Source: a bacterium (GTDB lineage Bacteria > RBG-13-61-14 > DATKZS01). Taken from it: a stretch of 64,000 nt of DNA. Shown here one piece after another: positions 1-9,377 of this stretch. The stretch's first letter is position 1. Every line of letters begins with the position of its first letter. Position numbers and translations under genes: made by a program. The notes below the pieces were generated by a model that worked only from the letters and a program-made list of their open reading frames with translations, made no database searches and had not been told where the DNA came from. Location of the stretch: the NCBI GenBank assembly GCA_963674965.2, contig CAXXFL010000003.1, forward strand, positions 256,001-320,000. Reading direction: 5' to 3'.

Positions 1-125
1 GCCATGGGCTTCATGGACGTGTTCGGATATGGAACGGGCACGGGGGAAGGAGAAGGAGGAGCCGGCGTCAAACACACGTCGGGCGCCCCAATGTCGTTTC
101 CCATCATCGAGCAGTTGGCGAACAT
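1..125 (-). CDS. DUF4150 / PAAR-like T6SS spike-tip protein (3' end cut by window edge)
   Basis: Not in the ORF track. Manual translation from ATG at 125 gives MFANCSMMGNDIGAPDVCLTPAPPSPSPVPVPYPNTSMKPM, with the PDVCxTP...PxPYPN DUF4150 signature. RBS AGAAGGGAG at 132-140; lies directly downstream of DUF3540. Confidence 0.88.
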   Translation of the reverse strand, partial: MFANCSMMGNDIGAPDVCLTPAPPSPSPVPVPYPNTSMKPM

Positions 126-155
126 AATAGTCTCCCTTCTTGCCGGCGGCGCTCG

Positions 156-815
156 TCAGGCCATGAATATGCGCTCGCCGTCGATCTTGGTGTCTTTCCT
201 GCTGACCATGATCGTGTTTTTCGAGTCCATGGAATACAGGCCGGCGACCTTGCGCGTCATCTGCCCCGCCTTGACCTGGTCGTAGTCCTCGGTGTGGCGG
301 ACGAAGCTTTTAAACCTGCCAATCGCCCGCGTCGCCATGGTGTTGATCATCCCGAACATGACCAGCGCCGACTTGAAGTCGGCCTTGAGGTCCGAGCCCC
401 TGGCCTTGAGCTCGCCGAAATCGACCACCGCCTCGCGGCTTGTATGCACGGCCCGGTCCGAGATGAAATTGAGTCCCTCCCCCGAGGCCATGGTGGTGGA
501 CCCTGTCGACATGAAGTTCATCGAGCCTCGCGACGCCACCATGGACGCGTCCGCCGGGAAGCGAACGGTCAGGTTCTGATCGCCCGGACGCTCGATTATT
601 CCGAGCACGTAATACCGGCCGGAGTCGTCCTCCGAGCAGATGACCAGGTCGCCCGCCCGGGGCTGGACCAGGCAACTGAAGGCGACCCCCGCCTTCATGG
701 CCCGCTCGCCCATTTCGATTTCAACAGCCCCGCCCGAAACGGACAGGACCCTTGCGTTTCGTACGCCCGGCGTTCTCTCTTTGCTTATTGGAACCACGTT
801 GGCGGCGTTCGTCAT
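156..815 (-). CDS. DUF3540 family T6SS-associated protein (TagC-like)
   Basis: Motifs AFSCLVQPRAGDLV, YVLGIIER and C-terminal KIDGERIFM. ATG at 815 overlaps the upstream stop (ATGA). Confidence 0.85.
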   Translation of the reverse strand: MTNAANVVPISKERTPGVRNARVLSVSGGAVEIEMGERAMKAGVAFSCLVQPRAGDLVICSEDDSGRYYVLGIIERPGDQNLTVRFPADASMVASRGSMNFMSTGSTTMASGEGLNFISDRAVHTSREAVVDFGELKARGSDLKADFKSALVMFGMINTMATRAIGRFKSFVRHTEDYDQVKAGQMTRKVAGLYSMDSKNTIMVSRKDTKIDGERIFMA

Positions 816-1867
816 TTTCCGTTCCCCCATTGTTCGGCTTTTTTACGTTTTTCGTCCCTGCCGCGCGCGAGCGTTTTGCTTGCGCCGGTCCATTTCGTTT
901 TGGCGTCGCGAGTCTCGTGCATGTTGGTCCTGAAAAGTATGGCGTTGGAGAAGTCGGACTCGAGAAGGGCCGCGTGAGACAGGTCGGCGTCGGTGAAGTC
1001 CGCCCCCGAGAAATTGGACCCCTGGGCCTTGATCTCGGTGAGCTGGGCCGCGTTCAAGTTGGCCGAGGACAAGTCGGCCCCCGACAAGACGGCCTTTTGC
1101 ATGCCCGCCTTTTCCAGGTTCGCTCCCTTGAAGCTCGCGCCCTCCAGGTTGGCCTCGTAGAAATTGGCCAGCTCGAGACAGGCCTCGTCGAAGTTCGATC
1201 CCGCCAGGCTGGCCTGGGTGAAGCCGCCCTGCCTCAGTTTGGACCCCTTGAAATTACATCCCTTCAGCTCGCATTCGCTGAACTGACACATGGTCAGGTC
1301 CATGCCGCTGAAATCCACGCCCTCAAGGGATGCCCTTTTAAAGTAGGACAGGTTAATGACCGCGGTCTGAAAAGCGTTGTCCTTGAACTCGCACTCGAGG
1401 AAAACCGACTTGTCCACCCGGGCCCCCGAGAAGATGACCCCCTTCAGGTCGCACTGCTGGAAGGCCGTCTTTTCCAAGTCCGCCTCGGAGAAATTAACCT
1501 GGCCAAGGTTCGACTCGCTGAACAGACCCATTTGCAAGCCGGCGCCGGCAAAGTCCGCCTCCGCGAGGTCGCACTTGACGAACTTGGTAAAGTCGATCTT
1601 GACCCCGGCGAAAATCGCTCCCGTAAAGTCGCTTTTGATCAAGTTGGCGTCCTTTAAATCCGCCCCGGCAAACTTCGCCTTTTTCACGCCGCAGTCGTTA
1701 AAGAGGGCTTCCCTTAAGTTCGAGCCGCTGAAGTCGCAGCCGCCGAAGTTGACGCGCTGGAAAATCCCTCCAGACAGGTCCGCGTTGGAGAAGTCCGAGC
1801 CGGAGAAATCCTCGTCACTGAAGACGTCTCCGGCCTTGACCTTAAGGGACAGCTCCTCGCCGTTCAT
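812..1867 (-). CDS. Pentapeptide repeat protein (TagB-like)
   Basis: 351 aa made almost entirely of A(D/N)(L/F)xx repeats; stop/start overlaps with both neighbours. Confidence 0.92.
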   Translation of the reverse strand: MNGEELSLKVKAGDVFSDEDFSGSDFSNADLSGGIFQRVNFGGCDFSGSNLREALFNDCGVKKAKFAGADLKDANLIKSDFTGAIFAGVKIDFTKFVKCDLAEADFAGAGLQMGLFSESNLGQVNFSEADLEKTAFQQCDLKGVIFSGARVDKSVFLECEFKDNAFQTAVINLSYFKRASLEGVDFSGMDLTMCQFSECELKGCNFKGSKLRQGGFTQASLAGSNFDEACLELANFYEANLEGASFKGANLEKAGMQKAVLSGADLSSANLNAAQLTEIKAQGSNFSGADFTDADLSHAALLESDFSNAILFRTNMHETRDAKTKWTGASKTLARGRDEKRKKAEQWGNGK

Positions 1868-4839
1868 TTGGGCCTCCAGCCTTCTATGATGGTGGACTCG
1901 AGGTTCGAGTCCCTGAAGTCCGTGTTGGTTATGGTCGATCTCAAGAAATCGACCGCGTAAAGGTTGGCCCGGGCGAAAGAGGCGTTGACCAGGTAGGCCT
2001 TGGAAAGGGACCCCTCCATCAGGTTGATACCGTCGAGTTTGGCCCCCGCCAGGTTGGCCTTTTTGAACATCGCGCTTTTGGCGTTCGCGCCGGACAAATC
2101 GGCCCCGGACAGGTCCGCGCCCATGAAGTTCGAGTTAATCATGACCGCGCCGGTGAAGTCCGCGCCCTGCATGTCCATGTCCATAAAGCTGGATTGGACC
2201 ACGCGCGCGCCCTTGAACCTGAGACCCCGGCTTTCCTTCTTCTCCGGGTCCTTGGCCGTGAAGCACGCCCCGGACAGGTCCGCCTCGTCAAAAACGACGT
2301 TGGTGAACTTCGTGTCCGAGAAAGCGCAGCGGTTCATCACCGCCCCCGTAAAGTCACAGTCCCTGATATCGCAACTGATAAAGGCGCCGGCCGTCAGGTC
2401 CGCCCCGGGGAACCCGGTCCCCGCGATCTCGGCCTCGAGAAAAGTCATGCCGGGCATATGGGCCCCGGCGAAGCTCGACCCGCTTATCACCACCTCGAGG
2501 GACTCGGCGTCCTTCAACTCGGCGCGCGTGAAGTCGGCGTCCTTGAAAACGCCCCTCGTCAGTTTGGCCGAATCGAGATTGGCCTCGGTGAAATTCGCCC
2601 GCGTCGCCCTGGCCGCGCCCAGGTTGGTCCCCTCGAGGTTGGCCCCCGTAAGGTCGGCGTTCTCGAGGTTGGCCCGGGCCATGATCGCCTTGCTCAGGTT
2701 CGCCCCTTTCAGGCTGGTCCTCGCGAAGTTCACCTGCTCCAGGAAGCAGCCGCTCAAATTTACGCCGGCAAGGTCCTGGCCGCTGAGGTCCAGGCAGGCC
2801 CAGTCACCGTTGGACACGTCCTCCCCTTGGGCGACGGCGGCGAGAAATTTTTCCGCCACCTTCTCCACCGGCTCCTTGTGCGGAGACAGGCCGGGAGAGA
2901 GCATGTGGGCCGCCATGATATAGCCGTCCTTGAACTGGCTTTCCGCCTGGAGCAGGGCCTCCCCGGTTTTCTCCTTGGCCGTTTTTATTCCCTCCATCGC
3001 CTCTTGTATCCGGTCCTCCAGGTCCCGCGTATTCTCATCCTCGATCCCCGCGGCCCGGGCGGAATTAAGGTGCTCGATGGCGCTTAACAGCTCGGGAGGG
3101 GGCTCGGTGGGAATGTCCGACATTTGCCCGATGACCTCCTCGGCGTTGAATCGGGGCAGGGCCACCTCCGGGTTTTCCTCCTGGTCCAGGGCCTCGAGCG
3201 CCTTATAGGTCTCCTGGATTTTTTCCTCCATCTCTTTTTGCGCCTTGTCGTCCATGGCGTCGGCGCCCTCTTTGATCGAGTCGAGTTTTTTCCCGATCTC
3301 GTCCTTGGACTTGGCTATTTCCTCCCTGGTCAAATCCATGACCTCTTTTTTCTTTTTGTCTCCGAACTCGCTTATGGCGCCGGCAATTTTATCGATCTTG
3401 TCAAAGGAGAACTCCTTGATATCGAGCTGGGCCGGGTCGCCCGCCATTATGCCCGGGAGGATGGAGTCGAGCTTTTGTTTAAGCGCCGCGACGTCCGGGT
3501 CGGGCTCGACCTCGGGCTTATTCTCGACCATCTTCCTAAGGTCCACCTTGGCCTCGTCGGGAAGCTGGTCCGAGGCCTGGTTGGGCATGTCCATGGCCTC
3601 CATCTTCTTTTCCGACTGGGCCACCGCCTCCTCGATCTTTTCGTCGACCTCCTTTTGCATGGCCTCGGACTTGGCCCCCATGTTCTTGGCCAGCTCGCTT
3701 TCGCCGCCGCCCTCGAGGCCCATCTTGAACAAGATCTCCATGGCGCAAAGCGATCCGACGGGGATAAGGTCCGAGGTGTTGAGCTCGTTTAAAAGCGGAT
3801 CGTTTCCGTTCATTCTCTTTTCCATGGCCGCCTTGTAATGCTCGAGGTCTCGCGGCGGGTGGGACCGGTCCTCATAGGCGGCCAGGACGTGGGTGATCTC
3901 CTCGGCCTCGTCGTCGCGCACCTCGATCCCCTTGCGCCAGATAAGGAGGGCCATGAGTTTTTCCGGAAAGAACCAGACCGTGTCCAGGTTCATGGATATC
4001 TCGGCGAACTCCGGTCCTTTTTCCTCCCTCTCGCGCAGGATGAAAAGGCGGACCCAATATCCGGGGAGATTGCCCTCGACGCGCGGCATGGTGGGATGCA
4101 TATTGGTAAGGCAAAAGCTCTCGTTGCCGATAAAGAAGTCATCGATCCACTGGTCCTCGGGCGCGCAAAGGAAATGGCGCCAGTCCATGTCCTCGGGATA
4201 GCCCGGGTAATATTTCCTTTTGTAGTCCTGGTTGTAAGTCCCCGCGAAGCGCATGCGCGTTGGAAGCGAAGGGTCGAGGGGCGCGAGTCCCACCGGCTCG
4301 GGCCTGTCCGAGGGAGACCCGATAAGTTTTTTCGGGTCCAGTACGTTGGGCAGGGGCTGGGCCATCCCGCCTTTATCTCCCTTTACCGGGGCGCAGCCCT
4401 TGCCATGGGGGTTGGGCGTGTACCCCTCCCCTCCGAAGGCCCTGCTCCAGCTTATTTCCATTTCCGTGAAGGGCTCGGGGTCGGATATGACCGCGCCCAG
4501 CCCCCCGGACTGCTTCCAGATTCTGTCGCCCATGACGTAAAGGGTCTTCTTGACGGGACCGATCTCGAGCCTGACCTCATTGGCCGGCACGGGCTTATTG
4601 TCCTTGGCGAAGCACTTGCCCGAGACCAGGACCTCGCCGTTGGGCTTGGGCATGCCCACGTCGGGCAGGGGGGGATCGCCCATGCACTCGAAGGCGTCCT
4701 TTATCTGCTCGAACTCGAGCAGGGCCTCCCCCGTCGGGAGACGGACGCCAAGGGTCGCCGAGGCGGTGAAATAGAACTTCCTGCCCTTTTCCAGGACCCG
4801 GTTGCAAAAGCTTATCTGTAGCGGCCGATATATTTGCAT
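1864..4839 (-). CDS. DUF2169 T6SS adaptor fused to an acidic helical linker and C-terminal pentapeptide repeats (TagAB-like)
   Basis: N-terminal DUF2169 motifs (PKPNGEVLVSG, WSRAFGG, NPHGKG, RFAGTY, APEDQ, LDTVWFFP) and about 300 aa of pentapeptide repeats at the C-terminus. ATG overlaps the vgrG stop. Confidence 0.9.
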   Translation of the reverse strand: MQIYRPLQISFCNRVLEKGRKFYFTASATLGVRLPTGEALLEFEQIKDAFECMGDPPLPDVGMPKPNGEVLVSGKCFAKDNKPVPANEVRLEIGPVKKTLYVMGDRIWKQSGGLGAVISDPEPFTEMEISWSRAFGGEGYTPNPHGKGCAPVKGDKGGMAQPLPNVLDPKKLIGSPSDRPEPVGLAPLDPSLPTRMRFAGTYNQDYKRKYYPGYPEDMDWRHFLCAPEDQWIDDFFIGNESFCLTNMHPTMPRVEGNLPGYWVRLFILREREEKGPEFAEISMNLDTVWFFPEKLMALLIWRKGIEVRDDEAEEITHVLAAYEDRSHPPRDLEHYKAAMEKRMNGNDPLLNELNTSDLIPVGSLCAMEILFKMGLEGGGESELAKNMGAKSEAMQKEVDEKIEEAVAQSEKKMEAMDMPNQASDQLPDEAKVDLRKMVENKPEVEPDPDVAALKQKLDSILPGIMAGDPAQLDIKEFSFDKIDKIAGAISEFGDKKKKEVMDLTREEIAKSKDEIGKKLDSIKEGADAMDDKAQKEMEEKIQETYKALEALDQEENPEVALPRFNAEEVIGQMSDIPTEPPPELLSAIEHLNSARAAGIEDENTRDLEDRIQEAMEGIKTAKEKTGEALLQAESQFKDGYIMAAHMLSPGLSPHKEPVEKVAEKFLAAVAQGEDVSNGDWACLDLSGQDLAGVNLSGCFLEQVNFARTSLKGANLSKAIMARANLENADLTGANLEGTNLGAARATRANFTEANLDSAKLTRGVFKDADFTRAELKDAESLEVVISGSSFAGAHMPGMTFLEAEIAGTGFPGADLTAGAFISCDIRDCDFTGAVMNRCAFSDTKFTNVVFDEADLSGACFTAKDPEKKESRGLRFKGARVVQSSFMDMDMQGADFTGAVMINSNFMGADLSGADLSGANAKSAMFKKANLAGAKLDGINLMEGSLSKAYLVNASFARANLYAVDFLRSTITNTDFRDSNLESTIIEGWRPK

Positions 4840-7800
4840 CACACTTTTATCTGCACGAGATCGATGTTGTCGATGGCCGACTGGACTTTGTTGAAATTCA
4901 ACGCGATGGCCTCCATGGTAACCTCGGCTTTCGTCGCCTTAACGGCCGCCTCCTTGGCCGCCTGGAAGCCTATGGCCTTGAACTTCACGCTCCCGTCGGC
5001 CTCCAATACTCCCACTCCTCCGACGCGGGCGTCAAGATCGAAACCAAAGGCCGCGCCTATCTGCGCCTTGAAGCAAAAGGGAACGGCCAGAAGGCTGACG
5101 CTTATGGGGACTGAAAGTCCCGTGAACAAGTCTATGTCCGCCTTGAGCGACGAGCAGACGTTGAGGTTGATATTGGCGGCCACGCCCACGTTGACCGCCA
5201 GTTTAGCGGCCAGATAAGCGTTGATCGCCAGGTCGAGAGAAAGCTTGCACGAGAAGTCGAACCCGGCCGCGAAACTGAACGAGCACTTGATGGTGTTGTC
5301 CCACCTGTAGTCGAAGTGGTAATGACTGTGCGAGACGTTGGTGTTGGTATGGCTGTAGGCCATGGGCCAGCCGTCGTATTTGTCCCATTTCCACTCGTCC
5401 TTGAAGCCGCCGCCGGACTTGCAGTAATAGGTTTTCACTCCGCTGCTGTATTTTTCCTCGATACTCCTGGCCGAGACCTTGATTTCCTGAGAGGACCCCT
5501 TTTGGATGGACAGGGTATTGCCTTCCCGGTACTCGTAGGCGTCGCCGAACTTTTTCTCCACCCAGATGTTTTTCCATCCCTTCGAGCTTTTATGGGTCGC
5601 CGCCGGCACGTCCTTTTGCTGGTCGTCGTCCCATTTGGTCCAGGAGGCCAACTCGTTGGACGAGCTCCTGCCGAAAACGCTTTTCGTGGCGTCCTCCGTG
5701 ATCGTCGAGAACTCTTCCCAATCGGGACCGCCCTTCTTTAAAAGGTCCCATGACAAAGTCTCATTCAACTTGGCTTTCTGGTCCAGGTGATTCTCCACGT
5801 AGCTGTTGCCCAGGTTATACACCCAGTAGCCTCCGAAGTCGTAAATGTTCCCTTCCTGATGGATAAAGGTGTCGCCCTTGGCGATCTTCAGCCGTCCCGT
5901 CTGAACCAATGACTCCAGGTCCGCCGTGTCCACGGGGTTGGTTATCTGCTCTTCATCCTTGTCCTTGCCGTAGGTGTAGGCTTTGAGGTTGGTGGGACCG
6001 AAGGGCGACTTGTAGTTGTTGCCCTTATACCTCCCCTTGGTGGGCTGGGGCGTTTTCGAGGGGTTGAACCTCTCCCACAAGTACTGCAGCCCCGGCGGGA
6101 CCTTGTCCAGGGCGTCGGGCCCTCGAACGGTGTAATCACCGTACCTTTCCTTGGCCTCGAGCCAGATATTGTCGCTCGATCGTATCCTTATTCCCCTGCC
6201 CGGGTCCTGGTCCACCACCGGCTGCTGGACGTTAAGGGTCGTGGTGACCTCCCGGTAGAAGGCCACCGACCCCGTCTGGAAGTCCTCGATGTTCACGTCC
6301 GATACCAGCTTCCACTTCCCGCCGTCGATGTTGTGCTCGGAACCCGCGGCGGGCGCGTCAGTCCCCGAGGTCGCCAGGGTGGTGCGCGGGATCACGTTCA
6401 GGACCGTGTAACTGGCCCCGAGCCGGCGCACGTCGTAACTCTTGTCCAGCCGGTAGGTTATGGACTTCCCGTTGTCGTCCATGGAGGCGACGGCGTTCTT
6501 GACCTGGCTGCTCGGCGAAAGCTTCCAGCTTCCCTGGGAGTCGTTGAACTGATCGATCGGGTCGCCCTCGTACACGCTGTGGGGGTTCGCGGGATCGTTG
6601 GGGTAGCCGACGCGGACCCATGAGTTCGAGGTGGGCGAGCTCATCAGCACCCTTTGCTTGCCCCGCATGTCCTCGAAGTGCATGACGTTGCCGCCGGCGC
6701 TGCGTATGAGGTTCTTGCTCGAGTTCTCGTGATTGATCACGCTCTGGCCCTCGGCTCCCGGCACGGCGCCCGCTATGATGGGCCGGTCGGGGTCCCCGTC
6801 CATGAAGGTGATGATGACCTCGGCCCCCTTGCGAAGGGGAAAGTGCAAGCCCTCGTCGGGTCCGCAGTAGGGCTGGGCCATCCTGATCCAGCGGGATGCC
6901 CGCTGGCCCGCCAGGTCGCTGCGGTCGAAGGGCATCTTGACCTTGTATCTGCCGTACTCGTCAAGTTCCGCGTATTGGCCCTCGCCCTCGGACTCGACCT
7001 TGGCGTTGATCGTGCCGTGGAACCGGGGCTTGGGGGTTTCGATCTCGGGCCGAAACTGGACGTCGCTTTTAATGGCCTGGAAAGAGTTGCGGTAAAAGGG
7101 CCGCTTCTCGGCGTCGGTGGGCGAGGCCGCCACGCCGGCCGCCAGCAGGGATGCCTGGCTTCCCTCGTGCTCGAGGCCGACGAGGAGGTACTTCGCGTTA
7201 AAGTCCTTTCGGAAGTGACGCTCGAGGTCGAAGAAGTATCCCGGCCGGAGGAAGGCCGCCGCGCTTTCCGCGTGGTAGGCGTTCCGGCGGCACAGGATTT
7301 TTTCCGCCCGCAGCCTGGCGTATTCATTGGCCTCGTCCTCGTTTTTAACGTGCTCTCCATAAAGATAGACCTCGCCCTGGCCGTCCGGGGAAACCGTCGC
7401 CTGTCCCGTTATCACGGGCGGGGACTTGCGGTAGTTGAAGTCCTGCACGACCACCTTCTCGGGAACGGGACGGCGGCTCGAGAGGAAAGCCGTGCACGCC
7501 CTTTTCTGCACGCCCTGCTCGAGACCGGAGGGGGGAGAGTACTGGACCTTCTTCTCGTCGCCGGGCAGGTCCACGTGGGCCAGGCTCGTGTCGGTGACGA
7601 TCAGCTTGGCCCCCGACTCTTCCTGCTCCCAGTAGTAATACATCCCTTCCCTCTCCATCCAGCGGGAGATGAAGTTGAAGTGGGTTTCCTGGTACTGGCA
7701 AACGTAGGACCAGGTCCGGTAGCCCCGCTTGGTTTTTATTTCAAAGTCCAGCGAGGACAGGCCGCCCTCGCTCAAGACCTTCTCGATGATGGACGGAACG

Positions 7801-8147
7801 GTCATGTCCAGATAGACCTCGCTCACCTTGTACCCGGTGAGCTTCCAGAGCTTCGGGGACAGGACCGCCCGATAGATGTAGTTGCCGTCCACCTCCTGAA
7901 GCTGCTCGAAATTGGACACGATCCCGTGAACGGGAAGGCCCTTGTCAGCGTTCAGGTAGAGCGTGGCGTCATGGGTCATGACGGCGTCGAAGTCGATCTC
8001 CGGGTCCTTGCTAATCAGCGTGATCTTGAACTCGTAGAGCCGGGAAATCCCCTCGCTCCCGCTGAAGCTCACCACCGTAAAGGTATCGGGCCCAAGACCG
8101 GGGGCCTTGCTTTCAAAGAAAAAGGACTTCTCCTCAAGGTATGACAT
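4839..8147 (-). CDS. vgrG: Type VI secretion spike protein VgrG/TssI with long C-terminal extension
   Basis: FSGSEGISRLYEF, YVCQYQETHFNFISRWMEREGMYYYW, DEYGRYKV and the gp5 OB-fold SRWIRMAQPY...HFPLRKGAEVIITFMDGDPDRPII. GGAGG RBS precedes ATG 8147. Confidence 0.95.
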   Translation of the reverse strand: MSYLEEKSFFFESKAPGLGPDTFTVVSFSGSEGISRLYEFKITLISKDPEIDFDAVMTHDATLYLNADKGLPVHGIVSNFEQLQEVDGNYIYRAVLSPKLWKLTGYKVSEVYLDMTVPSIIEKVLSEGGLSSLDFEIKTKRGYRTWSYVCQYQETHFNFISRWMEREGMYYYWEQEESGAKLIVTDTSLAHVDLPGDEKKVQYSPPSGLEQGVQKRACTAFLSSRRPVPEKVVVQDFNYRKSPPVITGQATVSPDGQGEVYLYGEHVKNEDEANEYARLRAEKILCRRNAYHAESAAAFLRPGYFFDLERHFRKDFNAKYLLVGLEHEGSQASLLAAGVAASPTDAEKRPFYRNSFQAIKSDVQFRPEIETPKPRFHGTINAKVESEGEGQYAELDEYGRYKVKMPFDRSDLAGQRASRWIRMAQPYCGPDEGLHFPLRKGAEVIITFMDGDPDRPIIAGAVPGAEGQSVINHENSSKNLIRSAGGNVMHFEDMRGKQRVLMSSPTSNSWVRVGYPNDPANPHSVYEGDPIDQFNDSQGSWKLSPSSQVKNAVASMDDNGKSITYRLDKSYDVRRLGASYTVLNVIPRTTLATSGTDAPAAGSEHNIDGGKWKLVSDVNIEDFQTGSVAFYREVTTTLNVQQPVVDQDPGRGIRIRSSDNIWLEAKERYGDYTVRGPDALDKVPPGLQYLWERFNPSKTPQPTKGRYKGNNYKSPFGPTNLKAYTYGKDKDEEQITNPVDTADLESLVQTGRLKIAKGDTFIHQEGNIYDFGGYWVYNLGNSYVENHLDQKAKLNETLSWDLLKKGGPDWEEFSTITEDATKSVFGRSSSNELASWTKWDDDQQKDVPAATHKSSKGWKNIWVEKKFGDAYEYREGNTLSIQKGSSQEIKVSARSIEEKYSSGVKTYYCKSGGGFKDEWKWDKYDGWPMAYSHTNTNVSHSHYHFDYRWDNTIKCSFSFAAGFDFSCKLSLDLAINAYLAAKLAVNVGVAANINLNVCSSLKADIDLFTGLSVPISVSLLAVPFCFKAQIGAAFGFDLDARVGGVGVLEADGSVKFKAIGFQAAKEAAVKATKAEVTMEAIALNFNKVQSAIDNIDLVQIKV

Positions 8148-8544
8148 TGACACGTCCTCCATGGCGTCGTTTAAAATGGCCGGGTCCGAAAAGCTCTGGT
8201 ACAGCTCGCGGCGTAAATTCCAATCGATCGTTCACAAATTTTGCCCCGCCTTTTCAGGGATTACGATGAGGTTACCATCCTGGGCTGACGAGGCCTCATT
8301 TTTTATAACGCTCCGGCGCCCCTGATGGAGGACTTGCCGCTATTAAGCTCTTTTACCTTTGCCAATCCCGTCCCTTTGTCCGGGTACACTTTCATATCAT
8401 TAATTTTCCAGGAAAACTATAGATATCAGTCCATTTGGATTTGGCTCAAGCATAGCAATCGGCCAAGTCCAATGTCAAACACGTTTTTCGAGATGGTTAG
8501 GACGATTTTTGGGAAAAAGAGAAAGACCCAACTCCCCTTGTGCT

Positions 8545-9315
8545 TTACCGGTCCTCTCGGGCGTCCGCGGGGCCGTGTTTGGCCATCAACTCGAAAAGCC
8601 TCGGCCTTACGACGCGGTTGGCCACCTCGTATTCCTCTTCCCGAGTCAGGCTCGAGCCGTAATATTCCTCGAGCTCGAAGGGCTGGCCGAACTCGATCTT
8701 CAGCTTGGCGGGCAAGGTGAAGGGCAAGATGAGGGGGTCGTTAGGTCCGTGGTCCCGCTCGATTTCCCCTAATATGGGCGAGGCGTAATGGAAGCCGACC
8801 ATGGCCGTCGGCACGAGAGGCACGCGATAGCGGAGGGCGATCCGGACCACGCCGGGAAAGAACTTGTGGAGCGAGTGGCGGTCCCTGAACGTGCCCGAGT
8901 GTCCCTCCGGATAGATCGAGACCAGGGACGGGTACATCTGGCCCCCCTCTTTCAGGTACGGGTCGATGTACTCCCACCTTACGCCGCCGCGCGTCCATAA
9001 AGGGATGCCGCCGCCCACCCAGTAGCGGCCCCATTTGCTGAAAAGGAAATGCCAGTCGCTCGCTATCAGCCCGTGGATCGGCCTGTCCGGCAGGGCGCAG
9101 TCGGAAAGGGAAACTATATCGAGGTCGAACCCGCCCCCATGCCTGGCCACGATAAGGGCCGGTCCCGCCGGCACGCTCGAGGCCCCGATGACCTCGAGCC
9201 GGTGATAATATTTGAAGTAGGCCCGGAAAAAGGCCTTCCTCTTTTCGTTATACCCGGCGAACTCGGACCGGTAGCGGTCCATGCGCTCCAGGTTTCTCTT
9301 GTATTCCTCGTCCAT
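8545..9315 (-). CDS. Lysophospholipid/glycerol-3-phosphate acyltransferase family protein (PlsC-like)
   Basis: HX4D motif (HGGGFD), IYPEG motif, G-V-V-R-I-A-L...VPLVP and IEFGQP. Start placed at MDEEY (uncertain). Confidence 0.8.
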   Translation of the reverse strand: MDEEYKRNLERMDRYRSEFAGYNEKRKAFFRAYFKYYHRLEVIGASSVPAGPALIVARHGGGFDLDIVSLSDCALPDRPIHGLIASDWHFLFSKWGRYWVGGGIPLWTRGGVRWEYIDPYLKEGGQMYPSLVSIYPEGHSGTFRDRHSLHKFFPGVVRIALRYRVPLVPTAMVGFHYASPILGEIERDHGPNDPLILPFTLPAKLKIEFGQPFELEEYYGSSLTREEEYEVANRVVRPRLFELMAKHGPADAREDR

Positions 9316-9377
9316 GCCCTTGTCGCGTCGATCGTACAACGTCCCATCCTCCCGCCGCAAACCTGGGGCCGCCGCGG

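Noticed and set aside
8170-8520. Sigma54 promoter or c-di-GMP riboswitch upstream of vgrG
   Set aside because: The only GG-N10-GC match (about 8441-8456) points away from vgrG, and the GGCAAA-containing segment lacks the GEMM GNRA/GACGCAAAGC core.
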